From NCBI GenBank assembly GCA_024679065.1, contig JAGIQG010000011.1, positions 39,556,001 through 39,620,000 of the forward strand: a DNA stretch of 64,000 bases, written 5' to 3'. Origin of the DNA: Sphyrna mokarran. Its lineage: Eukaryota. Below are positions 27,009-39,561 of the stretch, one piece after another (the first letter of the stretch is position 1; the number at the start of each line of letters is the position of its first letter). Below the pieces are notes generated by a model. That model worked only from the letters and a program-made list of their open reading frames with translations, did not search any database and was not told where the DNA came from. The translations under genes were made by a program, and so were the position numbers.

Positions 27009-27092
27009 TTCCGGAAATCCCTAAGAAGGCAGTTGTTGAACAAGTGAAACTAATTACCACCACAAGAAGAGAAGAAGTCATCCTAACCCCAG
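27009..27092 (+). CDS. ttn: PEVK exon, 84 nt: VPEIPKKAVVEQVKLITTTRREEVILTP
   Basis: tttcaag| ... ccag|gtataa. Confidence 0.87.
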
Positions 27093-27259
27093 GTATAAAA
27101 ATAAGAAGGCGTCAATTGAGTTTATTCTTATATATGAAATAATGTATTATTTCTATTGTACTGGAAATGATTCCGACTTCTTATGTTCATCACATAAATT
27201 CTTTCTGAGACACTGCTTTAGTAGCTTCTTCTTAAAAACAACATTTGTTAAAAAGTTTT

Positions 27260-27523
27260 TTTAAAGTTTATTTATTAGTCACAAGTAAGGCTTACGTTAA
27301 CATTGCAATGAAGTTACTGTGAAATTCCCCTAGTCAGCAGGCTCCAGCACCAGTTTGGGTCAATGCTCCTAACCAGCACATCTTTCAGATTGTCGGAGGA
27401 AATCCAAGTAGATACAGGGAGAACATGCAAATTCCACACAGATGGTAACCCAAGTTGGGAATCGAACCTGGTTCCCTGGCGCTGTGAGACAGTAGTGCTA
27501 ACCACTGTGCCACCTTGCTGCCC
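27260..27523 (-). mobile_element. V-domain tRNA SINE with a different A-rich tail
   Basis: A box tggcacagtgg, B box ggttcgattcc and V-domain on minus strand; flanked by ~52-bp direct repeats. Confidence 0.8.
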
Positions 27524-29022
27524 AATAGATCACATAAATTCTTATTGAGACACTGCTTTTTGTAGCTTCTTCTTAAAAACATTATTTATCTTTGTGCATT
27601 AAACTAAGTTGTGATGTTGTGTCATATTGTCATGGTGTTCTAACAAATGTGGTAAAGTGCTGGAAATGTAGATAAGTGTTCACTAGGCTCACATGTCCCA
27701 ACCTTGCGGCCAGTGGGTACAGAGAATTTGCCGCTCAGCCAAATCTCTGTTCACAGCAGTGGGACTGGAGAATCCCAGCTGCCGGGAGAGGTTAGAGAAT
27801 TCTGGCCATAACTCCTTTGTGATAGTATGATAGCAATTGATATTAAATATTCATATTTACAATTTAGGGTGAGCTTGTGCTGTTTAATTCAATTATTTAA
27901 AATATTAATAACTTTTCAGCGACTACATGCTGACTTGTGTTATTACATTTGGAGACGCTGGCTGCATTTTACAGCCCTTCCTGTAAGTGAGATCTTCCTG
28001 TCCACTAAACCTCCCCCTTCCCCACAGCCCACCCCCCCATTTCCCTCAGCTGTGGTAGATTCCCTGATGGCAAGATGGGCAAGCAACACAGAACAACATA
28101 GACATCGGCAGAACTGAAAGATTCCACCAGCTGCCAACTCCACCACCAGAAAATGCTACTCATGCAAGAAAATTAATTTTAATGTGAATTAACTTAGTTT
28201 GTAAAGCATTTAATGCATCTTTGCAAAAAGAGGCACATGTAACATTAAGTTGGCTAATATACTTAGATATTTAAACTAAGATGGTAAAGACTTAGTAGAC
28301 ACAACCAAAACAGAAACAGAAGAGAAATGAGTTGAAAACAAATGGATAATTATCGATCTTGCAAAAAGAAAGACTTGAAATCGATGGATCCCAACCTAAG
28401 AATGCTGTGCTATAAATGACACCATAGCAATAATTTGAGTAAAAATATTAATTCAAAAATATATACAACTATAGTGAACAACTAAAAAATGGAATATAAG
28501 ATTTTGACTTAAAGCAAATGAGTCAGATAGTCAAATCCTTCTTCTCTGTTCAATAATATTTCTTAGCCATGACCTCAAAACAGCATCTTCCAATTTGTTT
28601 GCATCAACAATCCTATTTTGGTTTGAGATTTACAGTTTAGTGCCAAATGTGAGACATTTTTCTGCAGTTGGTTCCATGTCCATTATAAAACACATTGAAA
28701 TGTTCTCAATTAATTTCACAGATAACATTTAGAACCAGGCACATTCCATTTCTCTGCACTGGATTTCAACCCAAATCCTAAAAACTAGAAGGCTGTATCT
28801 AACCTATTTCACCATTTGGTCATAAATCTGAGATATGTATGTTTATTTTGGATGCACTTAGATAACTTCTCTTTATGAATTCTTATCAGAAGTAATTTAT
28901 TTCTGTGTCTTGTTCACTTCATATTGTCATCTTTTATCTCTTGTAAGTTCCATGTTAGCTTGTTGTTAAATGTTAGCCTATAACTATTTTTGAATTACAC
29001 CTTAAATTAATGTTTCTTAATG

Positions 29023-29103
29023 TGCCAGAATTCATTGAGAAGACCATTCCTGAAGAAATTAAACCTGTTCCTGTTCCCAAAAAAGATATTATACCAACCA
29101 AAG
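29023..29103 (+). CDS. ttn: PEVK exon with mutated acceptor (TG): (VP)EFIEKTIPEEIKPVPVPKKDIIPTK; may start at 29029
   Basis: cttaatg|tgccag|aa; open frame; donor aaag|gtataa intact. Confidence 0.65.
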
Positions 29104-29543
29104 GTATAAAAAGTTTTTTTAACAATCTTGTAAAAGTGTTCTGTCTTCAGTTATGATCCATATTACCTTTCATTGTCTTCTAATATGTTGTAGTGTGGGT
29201 TTTCTTTTAGTGTCTCTTAATTGATGAAAATTGTCCTCTATATGTTCATAATGTGTGACAATCTGCTACAATGCCATGGCATTCTGTAATTTATGCTTAA
29301 AATCTATGTAAATTTGTCTTAAACAGTTGTCTAATATTTGTGCAATTTGGACTTTAGCCTGTAAGCTTGAACATTCTGACCTTTACTGAATTCAAATATT
29401 AACATTTTTGAATTTAATAAAATTTTAATTATTGCATGATAATTTGATGACTTACTTTGACAAAAAAATGAAAACTTGGCTTTAAGTGTAAGGTCAGTAA
29501 AGAAATTATAATGGTGTGAAATATATTTTGTTAACAAACCCTT

Positions 29544-30918
29544 GGGTGGAATTCTTCCATGTTGAGACTAGGTGCTTTGGAGGGTTGCTGTAGCGCACCT
29601 GTCCTGCCAACCAGAATGGTGAGATCCTGCCTCAGATTCAGTGCTTGGAATCTCATTAATTGTATACAAATGCGTCCCCCTCAATTTTCCTGGACATCCA
29701 GCAGCTAATTCTTCCATTCGTCCTCTGCTGATGAGTTCAAAAGTCCTGGTGCTAAATTTAAACACCAGTCCTGTTCACTTGTATCACTCTCTCCAGTCCA
29801 CTTGCCTTCGTTGTGCAGGATGTTAGCAACCCAGAGGGAAAAGGCCAGCAGCTTCAAGAAGAAGTATTTTCTTTGATTCAGCCACTCCCCCTCTGCCCCC
29901 GAGCCCATCACCTGTGAGGCGTCTATGTCCCTCGTTGATCTCAACCACCATCTCTGGAGTCTTTATCCATCCCCTTCCAGTAAGTGATGTGGTATTCCTT
30001 TGATCCCCTTATTGTGAACTTTCCATGCACCCTTGTTGGAATCCAGTTTTATTATCCTCGGTCTTCCTTCTGTGTTTGGCTTCATCATTCATCTTCCAGC
30101 AGCATGGTGATGTCCATGAATTCCAGCTCAGCTTCGAGATGGAGGGCAGAGTGGTGTACAGTGCATCAGGAGCAGTGCAATACAGGAGCAAAATGTTGCA
30201 CTGACCCCGAAGTGTCTGGACAACTGAGGACCATCTTATGCACGTCACTAATTAGCAATTGGGTTTGACATCAATGTAAGTTCCCACTGGTATGATGGAA
30301 GCTGGCAAGGCCCGATGGGATGCTGTGGGGGTGGTGGGTTTGCTTTTTGGATGAGAGTTCATGAGATGCAAATGAATGCAAATGGCATTTGTGCCATTTA
30401 CCAGCTGGTAGTGCAACCCACTATTAAACTCTCCTCCCCATCCCCCACCCTCATCTTCCTATCCCACTGGGAGAATTGCAACATGATTTTCTACAAAAGG
30501 TCACGAATGTGGCCCAATCCATCACGCATACCAGCCTCCCTTCCATTGACTGCATCTATACTTCCCACTGCCTCAGCAAAGCAGCCAGCATAATTAAGGA
30601 CCCCACACATCCCACACCTTCTCTCTTCCACCTTGTTCCTTCAGGAAAATGATACAAAAGTCTGAGGTCATGTACCAACTGACTCAAGAACATCTTCCTC
30701 CTTGCTGCTGTCAGACTTTTGATTGGATTTATCTTGCATTAAGTTGATCTTTCCCTATGCCGTAGCTATGACTGTAACAATACATTCTACACTCTTTCAT
30801 TTCCTTCTCTATGAACAGTATGTTTTGTCTGTATAGCGCAAGAGTTTTTGTCTTCCACTAGATTCACTGCAACTGCCCACCACCAAACCCTCTGGAGCCA
30901 GTTGGAAGAATTCTGCCC
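29544..30918. mobile_element. Non-autonomous TIR DNA element (possibly Harbinger-derived) with a nested LINE fragment
   Basis: Imperfect TIRs gggtggaattcttcca / tggaagaattctgccc; GC-richer interior; no clear target-site duplication. Confidence 0.5.
30490..30845 (+). mobile_element. Rex1/Babar-like LINE 3' fragment
   Basis: Translates to AQSITHTSLPSID.IYTS.CL.KAASIIKDPTHP...LF.L.PSG, recalled as the typical Rex1/Babar ORF end. Confidence 0.7.
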
Positions 30919-31110
30919 ATTGCTGATATTTGTTGTTGTTTAATTGATTGAGTAGTAATACGTAACTGATAAAATAATTGTCCTGTGATGTCTTGCATTA
31001 GTTTCATTTGTCACTTATGCTTCGTATCTTAACCTCTTTCTACGTATCTTCATTGTCATATAACATACATTCTTGAGTGAAATCTGATCTTAAACAATTG
31101 TCCTTTAAAG

Positions 31111-31194
31111 TACCAGAGATTCGTAAGAAGCCAGTAGTGGAAGAAGAGAAACCAAGCATTATTCTAGAAAAAGAAGAGATCACTCCAGCGAAAG
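31111..31194 (+). CDS. ttn: PEVK exon, 84 nt: VPEIRKKPVVEEEKPSIILEKEEITPAK
   Basis: ctttaaag| ... aaag|gtagag. Confidence 0.88.
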
Positions 31195-33134
31195 GTAGAG
31201 ATAAATACGAGATGGTTTTGTAACGTTTTATTCTTCGATATGACAGCATGTTGTTGCCATTATAATTACAATTTCTGTATTTTGTAGTCATCTCTTGAAC
31301 CTCAGTCTTGCTTTGGTGTTGTTCGTTCTGAAGATGTAGACTGTCCTTCTGTTCTTTGTACTAAAAATGTTCTGTTAAAGTGTTGTATATTTGTGCTTTG
31401 CACTACAAAACAACCATGCTGGGAAAGGTTTTTGATTGAGTTAAAAGGAAATTTAAACTTAAACCTGGTGATTCTTTGACTTCGCCAACACAGGCACAAA
31501 TCCCGTTGTGGCTGGACACTCCCAAGAGGGGCCATAACGGGATTTGCAAAAGGGAGATTTCATTTTAAGATTTTTCCTACTCTCCCCATTCTCAGCCTGC
31601 AATACAATATGGTTCATACACTTAAATTAGCATGTATTATTAGTGATTTAAGTATTCAGAAAAGACTTTAAGCTGAATTCTCAGGGAACGTCAATGCTCA
31701 TACCTGCTTGTGTGATGTGTCTCCAAAACAGAGGTCAGATGTGGTGACCGCGATGGGGATGGAGGACCTTGAGGCCATTGCAGCCACTTCCCCTCCTTCC
31801 CCCTCCTGCACCTTAATAGTTAGGCACATCATTAGGCAGAGCTCGAGTACTGCCTCCTTCACTCATGTCAACCTGCGGGAATTGCATCACATTTCCTACT
31901 GAGAAGACATTTCATCATTTTTTAGAGAATTATATCCAAAATATTTCCATTTATACAGAAACTTAAATGTGTAATGAATTCTACTTCCGTTAGTGTTATA
32001 TTGCTTTGATTTTGAAAAGTTAAAATAAAATTATGGGCTAACAAATATACATAAATTGTGAATCTGTAACTCATCCTTTGGCCAGGATTTTCTGCTCATG
32101 CTTATTAAAGTTTATTTATTGTTGTCACAATAGGCTTATGTTAACACTCCTGTCAGGTATGTTTGGCAAAGGGCCCAGAAAATCTTTCGAGAACTCTCAA
32201 ATCGTGTTTCACACCAATATAAACACATGATGTGATCGTCCCCTCCATTATTGACATAGCCATTTCCCAACATTGAAAGTTGGGAATATCATTCAAATAC
32301 ATTAACATCTAAGTATCAGGCCTTGACACCTGAATCAACCCACCTACACCATTAGAAAATCCATTCACTTTGGGTGGAACCCACCTAGCCTCCCAAGGTA
32401 TGTATCTGGCAAGCAGACCTCCCGGGGAACTCAGGTGAGTGCGTTACTTGTGGGTGAGGGTCCTGCCTGAGCACTTCCGAGCAGTGTTAGGGGCAAAGCC
32501 TAGGGAGTGTCAAGCGGAGAAGGGGTTTCATGTGAACTTCTTTGCTTTAAAAACGGTGACACAATCTTCAAAAGACTAAATTGCTTGTGGGCATGTGAAT
32601 CAGAGGCCACACTGCCATTGTTGCCTAATAAGACAGGCCTCTTGAATTTTTTTACCTCTATGTCCAACCCTATATGTCAGAGAAAGCTGATGTTTCTGTT
32701 GGCAGCTTCAACACTGCTTCTCCAGCCCACCATTGGCGTTTATCAAATTCTGGGAAATTGCTGGTCTTTTAGTTTAACTTGTTGACAAAAATAACATTGA
32801 AGTATTTTTTTTCTGTCTATCTATGATATTAAAGTAAAATAGACAAATTAATGACAGTGCAATACAGATTTTTCTTAACCATGCACAGAAGAAACTGTGC
32901 CCAATTAGTGCAAAACCTCTTTATCACAGTTGATGTGCAATTGCCTTAATAGAGTACGTGTTCATGCAAGTAAATCTCCTTTGATTTAAAGATCATGCAT
33001 TTGCAAATGTGCATGAAATCCTATATTTGTATCTCTTGTCATTTGTATTTCATGTTGTCTATTGTTTAACATCTTCACAATTATATGTGTTTTATTGAGT
33101 TACTTTGCTCTTAATACACAATTGTTCTTTAAAG

Positions 33135-33218
33135 TGCCGGAGGTTCCTAAAAAGCCTGTGGCTGAAGAAATGGTACCAACCCCTATTTCAAGAAAAGAAG
33201 CAGTCATTCCTGTCAAAG
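33135..33218 (+). CDS. ttn: PEVK exon, 84 nt: VPEVPKKPVAEEMVPTPISRKEAVIPVK
   Basis: ctttaaag| ... aaag|gtataa. Confidence 0.88.
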
Positions 33219-33753
33219 GTATAAAATAAATAACAATGATTGTTGAACGTTGTATGTAATGTTTTTGATTTTTTTATCATTATCTTTTGTTTATTTGTTT
33301 GTCCTTTTTGAGATGAAATTAAAACATGTTTAAAATTAACAGTTTGACTTCCAACACTTGAAGATGTACCAATATTAGTACTCTTTAATTTTGCCTAATC
33401 TGGTCTGACCAATGATTTGACCTTGAGTTGGAAAAATTTAAGATTATTTAAATTTAAGTGTAATTGAGGTCATTTAAATTAATGCATGAACTAGAAAATA
33501 ATTAAACTCATTTGTAAAGACAATTTTTTTCAAAATTTGTTAGCAAAGAAAACTTATTACCAATTACTGCTCAATTGCAGCAAACTATGTATATAAGAAC
33601 TCTAGCTGTCTAACTTATTAGTTTCATTGCGCATTCAAGATGTTCATGCTAGTGTTTCAATCTCTTAGACGTGTTCATCTGGTCTCAATAATATAATATC
33701 ATGAAAGCTGTGCTTACTTATTTGAGCTAATGAAACAATAATGTTCTTTGAAG

Positions 33754-33837
33754 TACCAGAGGTTCCCAAGAAGGCCCCTGTTGAAGAAGTTAAAGTAGTC
33801 ACTGTTCCAAGAAAAGAGAAAGCCCCTCCAGCTGAAG
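33754..33837 (+). CDS. ttn: PEVK exon, 84 nt: VPEVPKKAPVEEVKVVTVPRKEKAPPAE
   Basis: ctttgaag| ... gaag|gtacaa; near-canonical PPAK repeat. Confidence 0.9.
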
Positions 33838-34350
33838 GTACAATTGCAATAGAATGACTTACAATAATTTAGTTTCTAAATAGTGTGATAAAATCTTCAT
33901 ATTATTAAACAGAAAACAGCTTCTATTTTCATAGTCATCTCTGAAATCTTTTCATACCCTATCTGAAATATGGAATTGATCATCTCTGTTTTTATATGTC
34001 AGTCTAATTGTTTTGTTACAACATTGTTTTATGTATGTTTTGTTGATGCAATAATAACAATAGAAAATGATTTTTTTGTTAATTTGATGTCAAATTTGAA
34101 AATAATCTGAGACATTTCGATTTGTACAGACTACATTGAGAGATTTCCAAAGTTATCAAGAGTACATTTTCAATTAATAAAAACGCTCCAACAATATTTA
34201 TTGTTCAAAACCAACATTCTTACAACATGGATTAGATTATTTTATTAGAAAATTTGGACAAAAATGTCTTATTTTTGTCAGACAATAGAATGTGAAGGAG
34301 TTCAAAACATAATCTATCACAACATGAAAATCATTTTCATCTTGATACAA

Positions 34351-34491
34351 GGGTGGGATTTTCCAGCTGTCCTGCCTGGCAAGATATTCTGGTCCTGACG
34401 AAGGCAGCGGGACATGCAAAATGCCACTGACATTTGCAAGCCAGCTCAATTTCTGGAAAAAACTCTGAGGGAGAGCAAGAAAATCTCACCC
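34351..34491. mobile_element. MITE-like element
   Basis: TIRs gggtgggattttc / gaaaatctcaccc; similar short elements at ~27715-27808 and ~48441-48561. Confidence 0.55.
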
Positions 34492-34634
34492 AAGTTATGC
34501 TCATTCATAAGAAAATTTATGCTAGTTTGTCCACCGATTTGTCATGTTTTCTTGACTTCCTGTTTATATGTCTTTGAATTTTTATGTAAATTCTTTGAGT
34601 GAATCTTATCTTAAAAGCATTATGTCATTTAAAG

Positions 34635-34715
34635 TGCCAGAGGTCCATAAGAAGCCAATAAAACCAGAAGAAAAGCCAACCGTTGTTCCAGGAGATAAAG
34701 TAGCACCAGAAAAAG
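34635..34715 (+). CDS. ttn: PEVK exon, 81 nt: VPEVHKKPIKPEEKPTVVPGDKVAPEK
   Basis: atttaaag| ... aaag|gtacaa. Confidence 0.88.
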
Positions 34716-35024
34716 GTACAAAAGTAGAATGACATTTTCTAACATAGCGACATGCTTATACCATTAGAACAAAAACAGTTATTTCTCTTCCTGGACATGC
34801 ACTATTCTTCTTCAGAACTTTGATTCTAATCCTTCTTGTTGTTATTCTTTGATTCTTTATCGATTTGTCAATGAATCTGTAGTAACCTTGTGATGCTAAA
34901 GCTCGTGTTATATCTGTGTAAATTGTAGAAGTTGTAAGATGCACAGAATTCAATATAATTTTACAGCATAGAAACAATCCAGTCAGCATTTGCTTATTAT
35001 TATCAATTTTAATCACCTTAGTTA

Positions 35025-35225
35025 TTCTATATAGTCGAAAGTTCTACATTCTCATCATTGAGTGAAGAAGCTCCTTCTAAATGCCTTATTGGGTTTATTC
35101 TTGGATATTTTATATTCATTGTCCCACATTTTGGATTCTCCACAAGTGGAAACACACTATCAAATCCATTCATAATTAGTATTTCTTCTTTTAGAGAAAG
35201 GAACTCCAATCTGTTCAATTTTTCC
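35025..35225 (-). mobile_element. Old CR1 fragment
   Basis: Minus-strand EKLNRLEFLSL...GFDSVFPLV resembles the CR1 ORF2 end. Confidence 0.55.
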
Positions 35226-35733
35226 GACATTTGGTTGCGTATTTTTCAAATGCAACCAAGTAAATCTAAATATTATTTTGAAGGTTTTGGGTAGGATTGT
35301 TAGGCTGTAGCTTCCCAAGATGGAAATTCCCACCTGAGCTCAACAGACTTTGAATCGTCCGCCAAGTTTTCTGTCCCACTACAATTCCTGCAGCAGGCAA
35401 GACAGGAGAATTTTGGCCTTTATATTAAACCAAAGTAGTGTCCCAATGTGTAGTGATCCACCAGAAACAACATTTTAGTCAATTACATGAATGATTATAG
35501 TTGAACAAGCCTGGTATATTACTATTGGAAAATCTTCAGAATTTTCAAGCCATCAAACAGACATTGACAAATATATACTCTCTTAGTTCACCAAGTAAAT
35601 GTATACTGACAGTAGAGTAAATTCATAGTTTTATGGTAATGGGTGTTTCATATAGCATTAACCTATTTTTAAATATCTTGAATGGAGCATTTTTTTGGAT
35701 TGAACATATCTTAAAATGCAATGTTCATTAAAG

Positions 35734-36198
35734 TGCCAGAAGTCACCAAGAAGCCCAAAGTGGCCAAGGAGCCCGAAGTGGCCAGGAAGCCCGAAGTCGC
35801 CAGGAAGCCTGAAGTGGCCAAGGAGCCTGAAGTGGCCAGGAAGCCTGAAGTGGCCAGGAAGCCTGAAGTGGCCAAGGAGCCTGAAGTGGCCAAGGAGCCA
35901 GAAGTGGCCAAGAAGCCAGAAGTGGCCAAGAAGCCTGAAGTGGCCAGGAAGCCTGAAGTGGCCAGGAAGCCTGAAGTGGCCAGGAAGCCTGAAGTGGCCA
36001 AGGAGCCAGAAGTGGCCAAGGAGCCAGAAGTGGCCAAGAAGCCAGAAGTGGCCAAGAAGCCAGAAGTGGCCAAGAAGCCAGAAGTGGCCAAGAAGCCAGA
36101 AGTCACCAAGAAGCCAGAAGTCGCCAAGAAGCCAGGAATACCAGAAGAGATTAAGCCAGTTGCTGTTTCAAGGGAAAAGGATGTCATCTCAACAAAAG
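35734..36198 (+). CDS. ttn: Expanded PEVK exon, 465 nt: V + 22 x PEVA(K/R)(K/E) + PGIPEEIKPVAVSREKDVISTK
   Basis: cattaaag|tgcc ... aaag|gtacaa; matches ORF 35721..36215. Confidence 0.9.
35736..36131 (+). repeat. Coding minisatellite, 22 x 18 bp (CCWGAAGTGGCCARGRAG)
   Basis: Directly visible tandem repeat with no indels. Confidence 0.97.
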
Positions 36199-36859
36199 GT
36201 ACAAACATATACTGAAACATTGCATACAATCTTTATAGCTTTCTTGCATTATTATTATATAAATTATTGTCTGTTTATCATGTCTTGCTCACTTGCCAAA
36301 GCCTAAACTCTTATTTTGGTTTGTTTTATTGATATTACTGGAATTTGTCATGCTTTTTGTTTGTGAGTTTAATTCTGTGGTCTTCATGTAAGTCTTACCT
36401 ACTTATGTAGTGCTCGTTTTCATGTGTCATTTGGCATCTCAATTTGTATTTATGTGTATGTATTGTGATAAGAAGAGATTTAATTTGTAGTAAGATAATT
36501 ATTTACTCATTTTTAAAAATTCAGAAATATATGTTAAGTAGCAGGGCATCATTGTGACCAAAAAGAGTGGGAAATAAAAGGCAATCATATTATTTTTATT
36601 AACATTATGGAAATAGAACGTGAGATATCTTATTTTGATTAATTGCTAATATTTGGCCTTAAATAATAGATTTGAATATTTAACTAATTACTGTTTTTCC
36701 CTTGAAATAATCAGTTTTAGAAATCTGACATGGAAGAAGTACAAATAAAATAACTTTAAATGACAACTTAATTGTTAGGCTAATGAGAATTGTTTATTGG
36801 TATTCTGAGCATGGTAAATTACTGGTGTATTAGGGTCCTTATTCTTAATAAATGCTTCA

Positions 36860-37115
36860 ATGTCACAAGTGGGCTTACATTAACATTGCAGTGAAGTTAC
36901 TTGAAAATCCCCTAGTTGCCACACTCTAGTGCCTGTTCGGGAGTATTTAGCATGGCCAATCCATCTAACCATCACGTCCTTCAGATTGTGGAAGGAAACC
37001 AGAGCACCCAGAAGAAATCCACACAGACACGTGGAGAACATGCAGACTGTATCTGGGAATCGAGTATGGGTGCCCGTGCAGCAGCAGTGCTAACCACTGT
37101 GTCACTGTACTGCCC
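36860..37115 (-). mobile_element. V-domain SINE, degraded
   Basis: Homologous to 27260-27523 (gtcacaagt..gcttac.ttaacattgca.tgaagttact; gtgctaaccactgtg). Confidence 0.75.
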
Positions 37116-37348
37116 TCTAAACATTGTGCCTCATATTATGCCAAATATAAGCTCTGCAAATGGATGAATTTTGAATAAACTAATATCTCATATCTTTAGA
37201 TATGATAGTTATGCTATTCTTAGAAAAATTATTATTATCCTGTGTTAGATGTGTCTGTGTGTTTCATGTGTTTTCTTTTAAAATTCTCTTCAAAATTATA
37301 CATGTCTTTTCAACAAATCACATTCTTAAACAATAATGTTCTTTGAAG

Positions 37349-37432
37349 TTGCGGAGATGCCTCAGATGCCGATTGCCTTTGAAGCTCAACCTGTCACTGT
37401 GCTGAGGAAAAAAGAGACCATCACAATAACAG
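37349..37432 (+). CDS. ttn: PEVK exon, 84 nt: VAEMPQMPIAFEAQPVTVLRKKETITIT
   Basis: ctttgaag| ... acag|gtagaa; diverged peptide but canonical length. Confidence 0.8.
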
Positions 37433-37919
37433 GTAGAAAACTACATGGACATATCATTCTTCTACAGCATTTATTTCTTTTTCTATCTTTCTTGGCCTTC
37501 ATGTAAATCATAAGAATGCTCTTTTTGTGTACTCTTCTGTCTCTCAGTTATTCATTTATGAATTTGTGTTCTGCAACTGTAGACCAAATTTTAAGTCTGT
37601 GTTGAGTTGACTGTCATGTGAAGAAGTTTTACTTGCTTAAAACATTATTCGTTCATTTTATGAAATCAAGATATGTATATATGTGCCAAATTATATAAAA
37701 TGGCACACCATCTTGGCTGAAATAGGACTGGAAATGTGAGGAGGGAAATAAAAAAATAGTGAGTGAGTGATTCGAAGTTTGTGTTTGAACCACATATAGG
37801 CGATAGAAAGGTTTGGATAAAAGCTGTCTACACTTTACAAATTAAATATAATTAAAAACTTTGGAGTGTTCAGTATACAGTATGTTCAAATAATTGATTT
37901 ATGAAACTACTAAAAAAGA

Positions 37920-38150
37920 AAAAGGATCTTGCATTTACCTTCCACTTTGGACATCTCTAAAAGCTTTGCTTTGAGGGGTAGTCATAAGTAATGAAGGGAA
38001 ATGTAGCAGCCAGTTTTCATATAGCCAAATACCATTGCCAACTTTGACATAAATGACCACAAAATCTCTTTTTGAGTGTGAGAGATAAATATTGGCCACA
38101 ACAGTGGAGATAAAAATCTGCTGTTTTTTGAAAAGTACCTTGGGATCTTG
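37920..38150 (-). mobile_element. Old Deu-domain SINE-like remnant (SacSINE/AmnSINE type)
   Basis: aaatattggcca...ctgct...gaaaagtaccttgggatctt resembles the recalled Deu-domain consensus. Confidence 0.45.
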
Positions 38151-38307
38151 TGTCCAGCCTATTCATTTACCTGGACAATCTACTTAATGTAACGTTCTCC
38201 TGTGTTAGTTTCATCTGTCATATGTGTTTCATGTTTTCTGAATTATTAAATGTTTTTGAACTTTTTTTTAAATTAATCTTATCTTAAAACAATGATGTCT
38301 TTTGAAG

Positions 38308-38391
38308 TGCCAGAAATTCCTCAGAAGCCAATTGTTGAAGAATTCAAACCAGTTACTGTTCAGGAAAAAGAAGAGATCATTACAGTTGAAG
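38308..38391 (+). CDS. ttn: PEVK exon, 84 nt: VPEIPQKPIVEEFKPVTVQEKEEIITVE
   Basis: ttttgaag| ... gaag|gtacaa. Confidence 0.88.
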
Positions 38392-39477
38392 GTACAAAAA
38401 TGAAAAGAAGACTTTCATACAAACTTCATCCAACATTATTTTGTGAACAATTGCTACTTCTCATGATAGCACTATATTATCATAACCAGAGACCTTTCTG
38501 ATCTTTAAGTACCATTGGTCTTCTCCATGTGTATCCATTAATGCATGCTGTTGTGTTGTATGGTAGTGTTTCTGTTTTACATCTGATTGCATTGCTAATG
38601 CTGCCTGGAGAAACTTTAATAGCTAATAATGTTTAGTTAAATACCAAAAGATTAGAAGTAATGAAGTGAATATATTAACAAATTGTTACACACTGACCAG
38701 AAGTATTATACAAGTGAAATGGAAATGCCAATTAGAAGAAAATTAATTTAATTATAAAATTGTGGGAAATATATTTCAAATTATAGTCATTCTGACATAC
38801 TTCCTATGTAACCAGAACAGAAAAAAAAGCCTGTTGAATCTTGATCTGGAAGTATATATTATGGCTTTAGAGCTTTTGCCCATCTGCTACCAGTCCATTA
38901 TAGTCATAAGGAGACTGGAGCATAGTTAGGAGGCCCCCAATATGAGGAATTTCTGAAATCTCAAGCTTCAAAGAAATTTGCTTGTGGAGTCAGCATAAGA
39001 ACATCTGCTAGGACCAGGTGAGACCAAGAGACCAAATATATTGGTTTAATCTAATGGTGGATATGAAACTGTGGTCTGAACCATGTTAAAGTTACCACAT
39101 TTTCTTTTTTTAATTAGAAACCTTTGCAAAGAATCTTTAAGAGGAGGATAGCTAAAATTAATTTCCTGCTTGGAGGTCTAACACCTTAATACGTGATGTT
39201 CTGGTGAACATCTTAGATGTAGCTCTGTTTAACATGTAAGCCCACCACTTAACAGCACTTAGTAGTAATCATCCAATTTAGCCAAAGGAAGATGTTCTTG
39301 CTAGATGCTATCCCCACATAAATGGAATTACTGCTCTTTATAACATGGAATGCTATTTAATGTTTGTTGCTACTGTTATGTGTTTCATAAGACATGGCTT
39401 TGTCTGTTCTTAAACAATTTCAAAATGCTTAATGTTCTTGCATAAATTACATCTTAAAACAATCATATTCTTCAAAG

Positions 39478-39561
39478 AGCGCACAGTTTATAAGACGACT
39501 ACTATTGAAGAGTTTCAACAAGATGAAGTTGAAAGAAGTGAGATTATTACTCCAGTAAAAG
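39478..39561 (+). CDS. ttn: PEVK exon, 84 nt: ERTVYKTTTIEEFQQDEVERSEIITPVK
   Basis: cttcaaag| ... aaag|gtataa. Confidence 0.8.

Noticed and set aside
27440-27523. A-box/B-box sequence as a tRNA gene
   Set aside because: It runs directly into a V-domain and tail, so it is a SINE head; I see no complete cloverleaf.
35711-36306. Alternative-frame and antisense ORFs over the minisatellite (KWPRSQ..., GFLATS...)
   Set aside because: A stop-free 18-bp repeat opens several frames automatically. Only the PEVAKK frame fits the splice sites and neighbouring exons.
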